Shown here: positions 50,636 to 62,834 of the stretch, piece after piece
Layout of the letters: each line of letters opens with the position of its first letter
How positions within the stretch are numbered: the stretch's first letter is position 1
Origin: the human T2T-CHM13v2.0 reference genome, Homo sapiens
DNA length: 64,000 nucleotides
NCBI RefSeq assembly: GCF_009914755.1
Contig: NC_060942.1
Strand: one strand, 5' to 3'
Notes under the pieces: model-generated
Seen by the model: the letters and a program-made list of their open reading frames with translations, nothing else
What the model was told of the DNA's origin: nothing
Database searches by the model: none
Made by a program: the position numbers and the translations under genes

Positions 50636-51840
50636 AAAATCCAGTAGAACATTTTAAAAATAGTAACATCATGATCATTTGGAATATATTCTGCAAATGC
50701 AAGGATGGTTAATTGAGGAAGAATCATAGGAAAAATCTATTCAGTCTCCTTCAATAGGATCAATAGGTTCATGGAAAAAAATTTTTAAAAAAGAAAAAAA
50801 AAATCTGTTCAATCTCCATATATGCCTAACATGTTATTTCCAACTCAGTTGAAACCCAGTATTATGCTTAATGATGAAATTATCCCCCTTGTCAAGCACA
50901 AGACAAAGTAAATATGCTCACATATATTACTTATGTTTATTATGCACACAAATATTCTTTAATATTGTATTATAATTTCCACCCTACAGAATTAGAGAAG
51001 AAATCAGAAACATGATAATTGGAAAGGTATAAGTAAAATTACTACTATTTGAAAGAGTTCTATATCTGGAAAATCCAAGAGATACAACAACAAAAAATTA
51101 CTACAACTTAACAAGAAACCTGCAAGGCCTTTATAAAGAAAATTTTACACAACGACAAAACAAAACGTGAGCAAATGGAAAAATACATTCATGTTTTGGG
51201 GCGGAATCACCAACATCTTAAAGATGTCAACACTGCCCTAATTTAATTTAGAAATTTAACTTGATGCCATAAAAATGGCAACAGGTTTTCTAACTAGATG
51301 TTATCATTGATCCTAAAATTTATATGGGGAAAGAAAACAAATTTATTAAAAAGAGGAGTGATGAGAAAAGGATGGGGATGGGCAGGACTGGCACTACCGG
51401 ATAGTCAAACCTCTAAATCTGATTCAGCAAATATTCTGTCCTACTACTTTTTAAGAGTTTGATTCCATTCTGCAGCACATTTCATAATTTGTATTTATGA
51501 TTAATACAAGTATTTAGCAATTAGAATATACATGAATTCAAGAAATTCTATTCTCTAATTTCATGTAAACTTTAAAGTGAAAGTAAATCTTATTAATTTT
51601 TTTATAGATATAAATACCCTGGATTTTCCTGGTATTTCTGCAGTTAACCTTGCAAGTGTCATTTCCAGAAAATAAGTGTATTTCCAAAATTAACAGATAA
51701 ACTGCTCACATTGAGGGATTTAACATTTGTGTATTCAGCTGTCTTCAGAACATTTAAAACCCAATGTGTTTACGAAAACCACAATAAGATACCACTTTAT
51801 ATCCGTCAAAATGGCTATGATTAAAAAAAAGGGGGGCAGG

Positions 51841-52132
51841 GGCTGCATACAGTGGCTCTTGTCTGTATTCCCAGCACTTTGGGAGGCCAAGGCAGGAGGA
51901 CTGCTTGAGCCCAGGAGTTCAAGACCAGCCTGGGCAACATAGTTAAGACCTTATCTCTACAAAAAAATAAAAAATTAGCTGAGCGTGGTGGCACATGCCT
52001 GTAGTCCCATCTACTCAGGAGGCTGAGGCAAGAGGATCACTTGAGCCCAAGAGTTCAAAGCCACGGTGAGCCATGACTGCACCACTGCACTCCAGCCTGG
52101 GCAACACGGTGAGACCCTGTCTCAAAAGAAAA
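51841..52132 (+). mobile_element. AluJ
   Basis: Diverged dimer inside L1 sequence. Confidence 0.9.
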
Positions 52133-53058
52133 AATGAAAGTTAAACATAAAAGCTAATCCAACAATTCCACTTCTGGGTATATACCTAAAAAAAGCAGGG
52201 ACTCAAACAGATACTTGTACACCAATGTTCACAGAAACATTATTCATAATAGCCAAAATGTGGAAACAACCCAAATGACCATGAACAAATAAATGAATAA
52301 ACAAAATGTAGTATATACAAACAATGAAATATTATTCGCCCTTAAAAAGGAAATTCTGATAAATGCTACAACATGGATGAACCTTGAAGACATTATGCTA
52401 AGTGAAATTAGCCAGATACAAAAAGATGAACATTGTATGATTCCACTTATATGAAATATCTACCATAGGCAAATTCACAGAGACAGTGAGTAGAATAAAG
52501 GATACCAGCAGCTGGGGGACGGGGGGATGGGGAGTTATTAAATAATGGTAGAGTTCCAGTTTGGGATGATGAAAAAGTACTAGAGATGAACAGCAGTGGT
52601 GTGGTACAACATTGTGAATGTATTTAATGCCACAGAATTTTACACCTAAAAATGGTTAAAAATGGAAAATTTTATGTATATTCTACTACAACAAGAAAGA
52701 AAGGGAAAAAAAACCCAGGGTTCTACCATCACATTAATTCAACAAGACCGAATTCCAGACTGAATTTTGCCATTTCAAAGGTGCTCCATGGAAAAAAAAA
52801 TTAAGCTTAAAATATTTGTGTTCATTCTGTTTCTTCTCATTTCTTTAACTCTCTGATCTCATTTATCGCTATGTTCTAGAAACATATCCTTCACATTACT
52901 CATGCTCTCTTCTGCCACTCTCTTAATATATTGTTTTATCTAGACAATAGGATTTTATAATCTCTAAAATCTCTAAACTTAACCAATATAGCATAAGTTT
53001 ACTTTGTTAAATATTTAAACTAATAGAAGTACATGAAGTTTCAATAAAAACTGGTTTA

Positions 53059-53372
53059 GGCTGGATGCAGTCGCTCACTCCTGTAAAATCCTAGCACTTT
53101 GGGAGGCTGAGGCTGGCGGATGGCCAGAGCTCAGTAGTTTGAGACCAGCCTGGCCAACATGGTGAAACACCATCTCTACTAAAAATACAAAAAATTAGCA
53201 GGGCATGGTGGCACACGCCTATAATCCCAGCTACTCAGAGGAGGCCAAGCCATGAGATTGCTTGAACCCAGGAGGCAGAGGCTACAGTGAGCTGAGATCA
53301 CACCACTACCACTCCACTCCAGCCTGGGCAACAGAATGAGACTCTGCCTCAAAAAAAAAAAAAAAAAAAAAA
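53059..53372 (+). mobile_element. AluS
   Basis: Dimer; TSD aaaactggttta. Confidence 0.92.
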
Positions 53373-53548
53373 GACAAAACTGGTTTAAACTGTGCATTAC
53401 TATAAAATTAACAATAAATATATTAAGTGCTAAGCCTGATCAAAATGATTGCTTGATTTTGAAAAAAAATCCTTATTTATGTTGTCCATTTATTTTCTAC
53501 TACTTCACATTAATCTTCCAATGTGATCAATGAACATTTTACACTTAC

Positions 53549-53611
53549 CTTTGTATGGTATTCCATAGCATCCAATTCACCTTGATTGAAAACAACACAT
53601 CTTTTACGCTT
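53549..53611 (-). CDS. METTL4: METTL4 exon 3 (KRKRCVVFNQGELDAMEYHTK)
   Basis: Acceptor ccctttag|AAG and donor AAG|GTAAGT; 63 nt, phase 0-0, keeps the frame between exons 2 and 4. Confidence 0.95.
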
Positions 53612-53872
53612 CTAAAGGGTAGATCAATTACAGGGGAAAAGTTATGTTGCCATTAATATTTTGCTTTTTCATTATAACATTATTTATGTCTTATATCTGT
53701 CTAATAATAATTAATAATTAATAGTAGTAATTGTCTACTGAGGTCAAAATCAATGCAAAGGGTATGGAGTGAGGAGGTAAGCTTTCCCAAAGTAAATTAA
53801 AAACAACAACATAAACAAAATGGATTGTAAAAGGTCACCTCAGCTTTATCTGCTATTAATAAGAACTAGTTC

Positions 53873-54105
53873 TGGCCGGGCACGGTGGCTCACGCCTGTA
53901 ATCCCAGCACTTTGGGAGGCCAAGGCGGGAGGATCACGAGGTCAGAAGATCGAGACCATCCCGGCTAACATGGTGAAACCCCATCTCTACTAAAAATACA
54001 AAAAAAAAAAAAAATTAGCCAGGCATGGTGGCAGGCGCCTGTAGTCCCAGCTACTTGGGAGGCTGAGGCAGGAGAATGGTGTGCGAGACTCTGTCTCAAA
54101 AAAAA
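53873..54105 (+). mobile_element. AluY with an internal right-arm deletion
   Basis: gagaatggtgtg is joined directly to cgagactctgtctc; TSD aagaactagttc. Confidence 0.9.
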
Positions 54106-54758
54106 GAACTAGTTCCACATGATAAAGTGTAGCATCAGCACCCATGAAATACAAGGAAACTATGACACCGTATGAAGTTACCAGTGCCATCTATCACTTT
54201 ATATATGGTATAGTTATTCTCAATTTCCTTTATTTCTGAGAAGAGAAACTAGCCAGGTGCTATCATCAAAAGAAATTCCAATGTGCTTATGACTGATGAG
54301 GGTTAGGTATGAATCAGATTTATATTGACACTGTTCTATATCTAACAATATAGAGTAAGGACTTAGTACTTTTTATGGCTGAAACTCCAGTGCTTACCTT
54401 GTGTCAAACTCTTAGCATGCTAACAATAAATGTCTGTTGGCTAAATAAATAAATGGACTTAATATTGTATAATTTGCTTTAGCATATCAGAAGGTGTCAT
54501 CAAGATTACATTTATTACATAGGTTCATCTATTTTTTTCCATGTTATAAGAAATTTACCCAACCTGAGAGATTAAACATTAAAAATTAATGCCCATACCC
54601 TGTAAACTATAAAGTCCTTTACAAAGGCTTGTTATTATCTGAATTACTTATATTACAACATACTATTTTACTAAGACCTCGGACAATGCTAAATATTTTC
54701 TTTTCTGTGTGTGACACGTAGTAAATGATCAATAAATATTTGATGAAAGGAAAAAGGG

Positions 54759-55285
<527 letters not shown>

Positions 55286-55542
55286 TATGCACAAGAAAAA
55301 AGTCACAATATTAAAAAGTTCCATTTCAGAAAATGTATTTTCTTTATTACTTTCCTTATTCTAATTCTCAACAAACTTTCGTATTTAATATCTTTCTTCT
55401 TCACCGAATTATAAGATCCATCAGGGAGGGATTATGTTTATCTTGTTTCATCACTCTGCATACAATGGCACATAGAAAGAGCTCAAACGTTTGTTCGGTG
55501 AGTAATGAATGTTAATCCTATCACTAAAAAAGAAAATGTTGA

Positions 55543-55888
<346 letters not shown>

Positions 55889-56564
55889 CTAAAATGGACT
55901 TTGTAAAATCACCTCTAAATTCCTGAAAGAGATAAAAAGTATTAAAGCATAATTAATTTGATCCTGTATGGCATTCCCAAAACTCTACTAAAAGATTGCA
56001 CCAGTGTGAATATACAAATACATATACTTTACAAACGGGTATATTTACCACAGGAGCTTTCTACTTGTATCACTAGAAACTTTTAAAACAATCACCCTTC
56101 TTACAAACTTTTATTACGTATCTCCAAGGGATAGCTCTCTAAAAACCTCCGAAATACCACTTACTGCTTAGAAATTTTGTAGAAAAACTTTTTTTTTAAA
56201 GCAAAAACAGTTGTAAACATATTCAATTAATACAAATGCCTAATCAAGAAAAGGGTTTTGGGGGAGTTTTTTCTTTGGCTTTTTGTTTGTTTTTTTGCTG
56301 TCTGGGTTTATTTTCTTTGCTTAATTTACAGAGAATTCACTTCCCAGCCAACTTTGCTTATTTTTGAAATACTATGCAATTTGGTCTTCTAAGAATAGTT
56401 GAAGCTAGAAAAAAGCTACAAATTATTTCAGATATGCTAAAGCCTTTTTGGGTTTTACTGATTCTTCTTTATACTTAACGAATCACCAGATATTTAAGAC
56501 ATTTAGATAATAAATCTCAATTATGTTTTCTGGAGAAAAATAAATATTTCTTAAAACTTTCTAC

Positions 56565-56960
56565 CTTCCCAATAATAGAAATGGAGATTTCTTTTTTAAC
56601 ACCATTCATCAGATCTTCCTTTTCATTACTTTGCTGGCATTCTTTATGAACAGCTGGAGTTATATAAGGTTTGGTGACATCAAACAGTTCAGGTCGAAAA
56701 ACAAATTTTCGTGTGAACATTTCATAATTTCCTCCATCATCATTCTCTGGCTTAGTGGAAGAGTCAGAAGCAATAAATGCAGCACAGACTCCAGAGGAGG
56801 ACACAGAATCCATTTGAAGAGACTCAAAGTGAACAGAAGTAGTGAACTCCTTTTTACGGCAACAAGGTTCATGATGCTGGTGAAGTTGATAGTTTATCTT
56901 GTTGATAAAAGAAAGATGATCCAGTAACCACCCAGCTGACAACTGGTGTACCACAGACAT
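56565..56960 (-). CDS. METTL4: METTL4 coding part of exon 2 (aa 1-132)
   Basis: ATG at 56960 gives MSVVHQLSAGWLLDHLSFINKINYQ...ISIIGK, the METTL4 N-terminus; donor AAG|GTAG at 56564; 396 nt, phase 0. Confidence 0.97.
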
Positions 56961-57398
56961 TCCCTTCCTTTAAAAAAGCCTCTGGGAATTAGGAACTAGA
57001 ATGAAAATCCAACTTTCCAGATCAGCTTCTTAAATATCTTGTATTTCAATAAACATACACTTCATACACACAGATAGATTTGATATACAAGTACAAAAAC
57101 CTGACATGCACATTGAAGAGAATTTATCATTCATGATGTTAATATATACAGAAATTCTAAGGAAAATTGCAATGTTTTAATATAAACTTTCTTTTTAATT
57201 TCAGAGTTGATAATTCAACATTTTCAGCCAAAATTTGGCCAAAGGGGGTTAAAACCTGATCTTATGTCTGGAATCCCAATGTGATCCTCCTGTCTTCCTG
57301 GGCCCCCCACGACTTCTTGCTTTGGTCCTTGGGTCTAGCCACTAGGTCCACATCCTCCAAGTCAGGAAGTCATTGAATCCTTAAAAGGACAAAGTAGC
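56961..57398 (-). other. METTL4: METTL4 exon 2, 5'UTR portion
   Basis: Strong acceptor ttctttgcttttacag|G at 57399-57400, 438 nt upstream of the ATG. Confidence 0.8.
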
Positions 57399-57904
57399 CT
57401 GTAAAAGCAAAGAACACTACATTAGCTACGTGAATTCACCCTTTTTAATGAGATAAACCTATCTAGAGAGGGGCATAGAATTTCAGAAGGTGCTGTTAGC
57501 AGGTAATCCCTCGTTTTTGCAAACTACACTTGTCATAGTAAGTCAGCCCATTCTCCAGTATCATCTTCCCTACTTAATCACTACTACCAATGGAGTAATA
57601 AGGTAAAAAGAAAAAATTGTTCTAGTCAGAGAAAATGCAATTTTACCAGCACATCAGAAGCACTAAACCCTAGCAAAACCGCAAGGTTAAGAGTCTAGAT
57701 CTGTAATTGGTTCTGAGCAGTACCCCTTGGATAACTAGGTTTCTCAGAACTAACCTTTTTTCAAAAGATGGATTAGAGTTCTAGATATTGCTTTCTAAAT
57801 CCAGTGCAGTGGAGAACTTAAGAGGGGACAGAATAAGAAATAAATGAGTGCTTAATGGCACAATTAATAATCACAGCATTTAGATTCAAATTTCTAACTC
57901 CATG

Positions 57905-58092
57905 AGTGATATTATGATGTACATTGGTTTTCATCCACAGTTCCTGGCTCACAGCCCCTGTAGCCTTACTGAGTGCAGGGATGAAGGCTGAGTTGATCAC
58001 CAGTGACCAATGATGTAATCATTCATGTCTGTACAATGAATTTGGGAGATGTGACACTATCTAAAGATAGAAATAGTGTCAGAAATGAATTA
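57905..58092 (+). mobile_element. MER21-like LTR fragment
   Basis: ttggttttcatccacagttcctggctc...gagttgatcaccagtgaccaatgat...atagtgtcagaaatgaatt. Confidence 0.55.
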
Positions 58093-60360
58093 GAGGGAAG
58101 AAGGGGCGAGCCTAAGAGTGACAGTGACACATGATGGCAGTCACCACAGGCTCAGGAGTAGGAGTACCTCTCAATTTCCAACTGTTGGAAGAACCTGAAG
58201 AAGGTTAGAAAGGAGTGGCTGGGCGTGGTGGCCCACGCCTGTAATCGCAGCACTTTGGGAGGCCGAGGCGGGCAGATCCCCTGAGGTCGGGAGTTCAAGA
58301 CCTGCCTGGCCAACATGGTGAAACGCTGCGTCTACTAAAAGTACAAAAATTAGCTGGGCTTGGTGGCATGCGCCTGTAATCCCAGTTACTCAGAAGGCTG
58401 AGGCATGAGAATCACTTGAACCCAGGAGGGAGAGGTTGCAGTGAGCCGAGACTGCACTACTGCACTCCAGCCAGGGCAACAAGAGTGAAACTACGTCTCA
58501 AAAAAAAAAAAAAAAGGGAGTATGAGATGGCACAGATAGCTAGAGTCTAGAAGATGATAAAGACATGACACTTACCAAATGGACAGGGATGATAATTGGG
58601 CCTTCAAGAACAATTTACAAAAACTGAATATACAGCTTTAAAATAGAATGTGGACCTAAATACCCAGCAGCACTCCCCTTTGTAAGATGTGTAACAAAAA
58701 TTAATGCTATTCTAAAGGAGTGGTGGACTCAAGAGCCATTTCAGTGCTAGCTAAATAGCAGAATTCAGATAGCATCAAAGTTGTCTTGGAAGAGGTTGAA
58801 CAGCTAATGACATCTAAAGAAAACATGAAACTCCCTCAGCAGCCTGAAAGACACTGTTACAGTAATTAATCAAAAAGAAAAACCATAGTCCCTTTTCCCC
58901 ACACCCATTCAATTTAAGCAGTCTTCATTTTCAACAGTAGTAAATTTTCTAGATACATCTTGTAGACCTCACAGTACTAGAAAGGATGCTCCTATTCAAA
59001 AGAAATGTATCTTAAGATACTGTGAATGATACTAACTTTTTTGTCCATTTGAATTATGTAAGTTGTGCTATAACAAATCATCCTGTCAAGCGACAGGATC
59101 AAGCAAGTATATTTAAATTGATTCCCATCATAACTGGTGGGGTACATCTAATTCAACTGTGGAAAGACCACACAATCACCTTGCTTCTCCTTACATGGCC
59201 TGGAGTCTCCGCCTTCTCCCCCTACCGCTCTCCCTTCCTCCCACCCCCACCCACTGCAACAGCCCTCTAGCCTGGGAGGCTTGTTAGAGTAGACGTGAAG
59301 ATCACAGCCTGTGGGACCACTGCTGAGTGTGTGGGCACTCAGTTTAAGTATTCAGTGATGCTCCTTCCAAACCACTGTCCTGTCCCCACCTCTTCCACTC
59401 CCACCCTTGGCCAAAGCACAGATCATAAGCCCTCTGCTCCGCTCCCCTCTGAGATTCGCCTTCCATGAGGAATTCAGGGCTTTCCCCATATCTTCTCTTC
59501 CCCACCTTTATCAAGAGATGCTGCTCCCTCCCCGTCAAGTCTCTTTTTGCACTGTCACCACCCAACACTTTCCACGACACTTCTTTGCTTTGACCAGAAG
59601 CCATAAGGTAAGGTTGGAAGAACATTTATTCACTCTCCACCAGCCTAGGAAATGAATAGTGGGTCCTCAGCCCTGCCACCTTCTGCTGTTATCATCAGCC
59701 TTTTAACTCAGGTTTTGATATGGTGAAAAGAGTCACCAGGGTTATTCAGACACCCCGGCTGTCAGGGTCCTTGGTGGTTAAACCTGGGAAAAGGCCACAT
59801 GAAGACAACTGTAAGCACACATGATCCCTCTGAATTGTTTTCTTTTCCTGCAATTGTGCTTGCTCTTAAAAATTGAAGTTTTAAACAGGGCTCACATGTG
59901 ATCATCCTTCCATCTATTGGAGTCTAGCTTGAAATGTGACAACCGGAACCAAAAGAACCTTGAATTTGGTGCCTACTTTGGTTTTGGTGCTGCTGCTTCT
60001 CAAGATCCTCAGCAGGGATTAAGAAGTTGGGGTGCACAGCAGGAATATCAGGAAATTGGCAGGCTTGACTTCCTGGCAAATTGCTAGCAGGACCACTAAA
60101 TGCTGAACTGTACTGTGAATGTATACCGAAATACAAGCAATTATTTCTGTACTAAAGGTGTTTTTAATTTTGTATTTGTGTAAAACCACCTTTGGAAGCA
60201 GCAACTATCTAGTCAGAAAAGCAAATGATGTTTCCATTAATCTTTTCTGGGGAAAACATTAGTGCTAAGGATTTAACAATCTGTAGGTAAAGTTTAACCT
60301 AACAGTATTCCACAAGGAGACTTTTTATTATCAGACGGTTGCCTAATTTTCATATAATTT
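58093..60360 (+). pseudogene. Processed pseudogene of UBE2V1 (UEV1A), near full-length with long 3'UTR, interrupted by an Alu
   Basis: From ATG 58134 it reads [26 protein letters not shown] (UBE2V1: [27 protein letters not shown]). After the Alu it continues DMTLTKWTGMIIGPSRT...KIECGPKYP...[18 protein letters not shown] (TAA 58867-58869). Intronless with premature stops; the downstream 1.5 kb resembles the UBE2V1 3'UTR as I recall it. Confidence 0.92.
58217..58515 (+). mobile_element. AluS inserted into the UBE2V1 pseudogene CDS
   Basis: Full dimer; ggagt is repeated on both sides as part of a TSD. Confidence 0.94.
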
Positions 60361-60895
60361 TTATATTAATATAATCCTTGGTTCCTCCCCATCCCCTTCA
60401 TAGGCCACAGCTGAGGTGAAAAGGGTCCTGGAATGGCTAGTGAGAGCTAGAAATTCAGACGGGAAAATTGAAACTCAGAGCAGAAAGGCAAGCTGCCCAA
60501 AAATAACAACGCTAGTTAATGGCACAATTGCTACCAGACCCAAGTATCCAGACTTCCTGGAGCTGTGAGATCTTTCATCACCACCACTCTCCAGGTACCG
60601 GGCAGTGCCTGTTTCTGGATTCAAACTCACAGCAGCGAGGAAATCCTATTTTAGCAAAGTGATCTACTGTTACTGTTGTTAGTGCACCCCTCTCCTGCGT
60701 CTCTGCTTCACATCCACTCCCTCGCCGCCCGCCCCCAAACACTTGGATTCTTCCTAGCCTCTCACAGGTCAGCCACCACCAGAGGACCGTGAGCCGCCGG
60801 CAAGTGATCAAATACTGAGCCCGAATTTCGGCAGCCGTACCAACGCAATCCTGGGAGCCCATTCCACCCACTCCGCAGCCCCTCTCCCACCTCAC

Positions 60896-61250
60896 CTCTT
60901 CCCTTGTCAGAAAAGCGGACGCCGCCTTCCCAGACTCTCCTCATGAAAACAGCACCCATCTAAATAGTGATCATGAAAAATGCCCCTTCCAGTCCACAGA
61001 GAAAAAGCTTTCTCCTTTTCTAAGAGTCCATGGGCGCCGCCATGTTGCTGTACGGAAAAACGTTTCCAGGGCGAGTTGAGCGTTCAGGGCACTCCTCGGC
61101 GCTCAAGCTGCCCACAGGTCTTCCGACCTAACTTTAGGGGTCGTGCCAGTCTTCGTAGAGACGGCCACACTGGCCCACAGACCCCAGTTCCTGGGGTGAC
61201 GCAGCTGGGCGCGACCAGCACGCAGCCTTCCAGCGACGAGGCGGTCGCAT
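60896..61250 (-). other. METTL4: METTL4 non-coding exon 1 (TSS approximate)
   Basis: Donor GAG|GTGAG at 60891-60895 inside the CpG island; 5' end inferred from the bidirectional promoter layout. Confidence 0.65.
61035..61046 (-). promoter_or_regulatory. YY1-like motif (AACATGGCGGC)
   Basis: Close match to the YY1 consensus AAGATGGCGGC, downstream of the METTL4 TSS in sense orientation. Confidence 0.55.
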
Positions 61251-61277
61251 GGAAGTTACTGCGCGCGTCGTGCGTAA

Positions 61278-61285
61278 TGACGTCA
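61278..61285. promoter_or_regulatory. Palindromic CRE (CREB/ATF) site TGACGTCA
   Basis: Exact consensus lying between the two inferred TSSs. Confidence 0.85.
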
Positions 61286-61290
61286 GCGCC

Positions 61291-61325
61291 GGCGGAGAAT
61301 TTCAAATTCGAACGGCTTTGGCGGG
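61291..61325. promoter_or_regulatory. Cell-cycle module: GGCGG, CHR-like elements and E2F-like site
   Basis: TTCAAA at 61301-61306 is the CHR TTTGAA on the minus strand; adjacent TTCGAA at 61307-61312 is a CHR variant; TTTGGCGGG at 61317-61325 is E2F-like. Fits a mitotic gene controlled by DREAM/MuvB. Confidence 0.7.
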
Positions 61326-61430
61326 CCGAGGAAGGACCTGGTGTTTTGATGACCGCTGTCCTGTCTAGCAGATACTTGCACGGTTTACAGAAATTCGGTC
61401 CCTGGGTCGTGTCAGGAAACTGGAAAAAAG
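61304..61430 (+). other. NDC80: NDC80 non-coding exon 1 (TSS approximate)
   Basis: Ends at donor AAG|GTGACT (61431); would splice to tag|GTCATAAGCATG. Confidence 0.75.
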
Positions 61431-62723
61431 GTGACTGAATGACATCGGATTAACTTTGTTTCTGCAGAGCTGTTCTGGAGGAAGAAAGTGATGGCGCCAA
61501 TGACTTAAATTTAGAGGTCCTGAGGCGATGTTTTGGTGTTTGTTTGCTGTTGGGAGAAGCCTCGAGGCCAGAACTGTGCGAGGCGCTGGTTTCACGGGAT
61601 CTATTAAATTTCTAGTGGCAACGATTTCCCAAGGAGGAAAGGGGAGGGCCTGGGGGACACTGATGAGGAGTGGAGGCTCGGGAGAGGAAACGGGGAAGAA
61701 TTGAAGGGGGCGGAAAGAGATGGACAAGAGAGGACTCGTTGGGTGGGTTGCGTCTGAATACTAGTGTAGCTTCTTATGGCCGTGTAGGACTGCGTGTAGA
61801 AGTCTTCATCTTAAATCATGAGAGCTACATTCTAAGTGGAGATTAAACGTGGACACACAGGTGTGAGTGGAAAAGTTGAATAGATGAACAAGCGCATATT
61901 GAAGAGGAAATAGGCGGCCAAAATCAAGAAGAGTCTAATCAGTGTAAAAGACTAAGGAGTACCCAGAGAAGTAAAAGGATTGTCACCTTCCTGAAAGCCA
62001 GGGCAGGACCTGAGAAGGCTGGGTGCAGAGATGAGACAGGATCAAAAGTTTTGTCAATCATGTGTATCCTAGGAGACAAATTTTTTAGCAGATGTGAAGG
62101 GAGTGACCTGTTAATGTGGTTTGTAAATGGAGGCAGCCTATAGACCATTTTATGGACCGGATGATTTATCCTTGTTGAAGGGGAGATTGATGCCAAAAGG
62201 GCAGTAATTGAGGAAACAATGGGTTAAGGACAGAGCAGGAGAGATTGACATTAGGAAAACAGAATAATTCCATTCTCTGAAACCAAAGAAAAGGAAACAT
62301 TTTGAGGTGAATAAGAGAATTTGAGGTAATTTTTTTGTCTTCCTATTGAAATAGGCACAGCCAACAGCAGTAATGTGGTCTGGGTAACAGACAGGGCTTT
62401 AGCTACCACGGATACCCTTGTGAAGGCAAAAACCGTAACTTACTCGTCTTTGCATCTCCTGCATTGCCTAGCACACTCCCCTATATATATAGTGGGCAGT
62501 TAATAAATGTTTATGTTGAATATTTTTAAATGGAATTAAATAGATGTTCCTTGCAAATGAGAACTTCAGTGTACATGAACAAAAAAGAGATACCCCAGGG
62601 GAAAGATGATGATCTTGAAGAAACAATGAAACCTGACTGTCTTTCTGTTTAAGGATAAATAGTTGCTTAATGTACCATCTCTGTCTGGAAAGTTTTTTTT
62701 AAATACTGAATTCGTGAATGTAG

Positions 62724-62834
<111 letters not shown>

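Larger units (their letters stand above)
60720..61600. promoter_or_regulatory. CpG-island bidirectional promoter METTL4/NDC80
   Basis: Only non-Alu CpG-dense stretch in the window; divergent first-exon donors at 60895 (minus) and 61431 (plus). Confidence 0.92.

Noticed and set aside
56517-56564. ORF-track extensions of METTL4 exons (VESFKKY..., and the N-terminal part of ORF 37068..37466)
   Set aside because: These read through splice sites into introns; the spliced frame accounts fully for the protein.
58134-58869. UBE2V1 copy as an intact retrogene
   Set aside because: Stop at codon 25, further stops, an internal deletion and an Alu insertion.
60980-61438. 152-aa plus-strand ORF across the promoter as a stand-alone gene
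   Set aside because: GC-rich island sequence is depleted of stops, the ORF starts upstream of the inferred NDC80 TSS, and I see no domain. Only its internal ATG at 61349 is kept as a uORF candidate.
62708-62718. AATTCGTGAA match to U6 snRNA
   Set aside because: Only about 10 nt with no flanking U6 sequence; I found no recognisable snRNA, tRNA or rRNA gene in the window.
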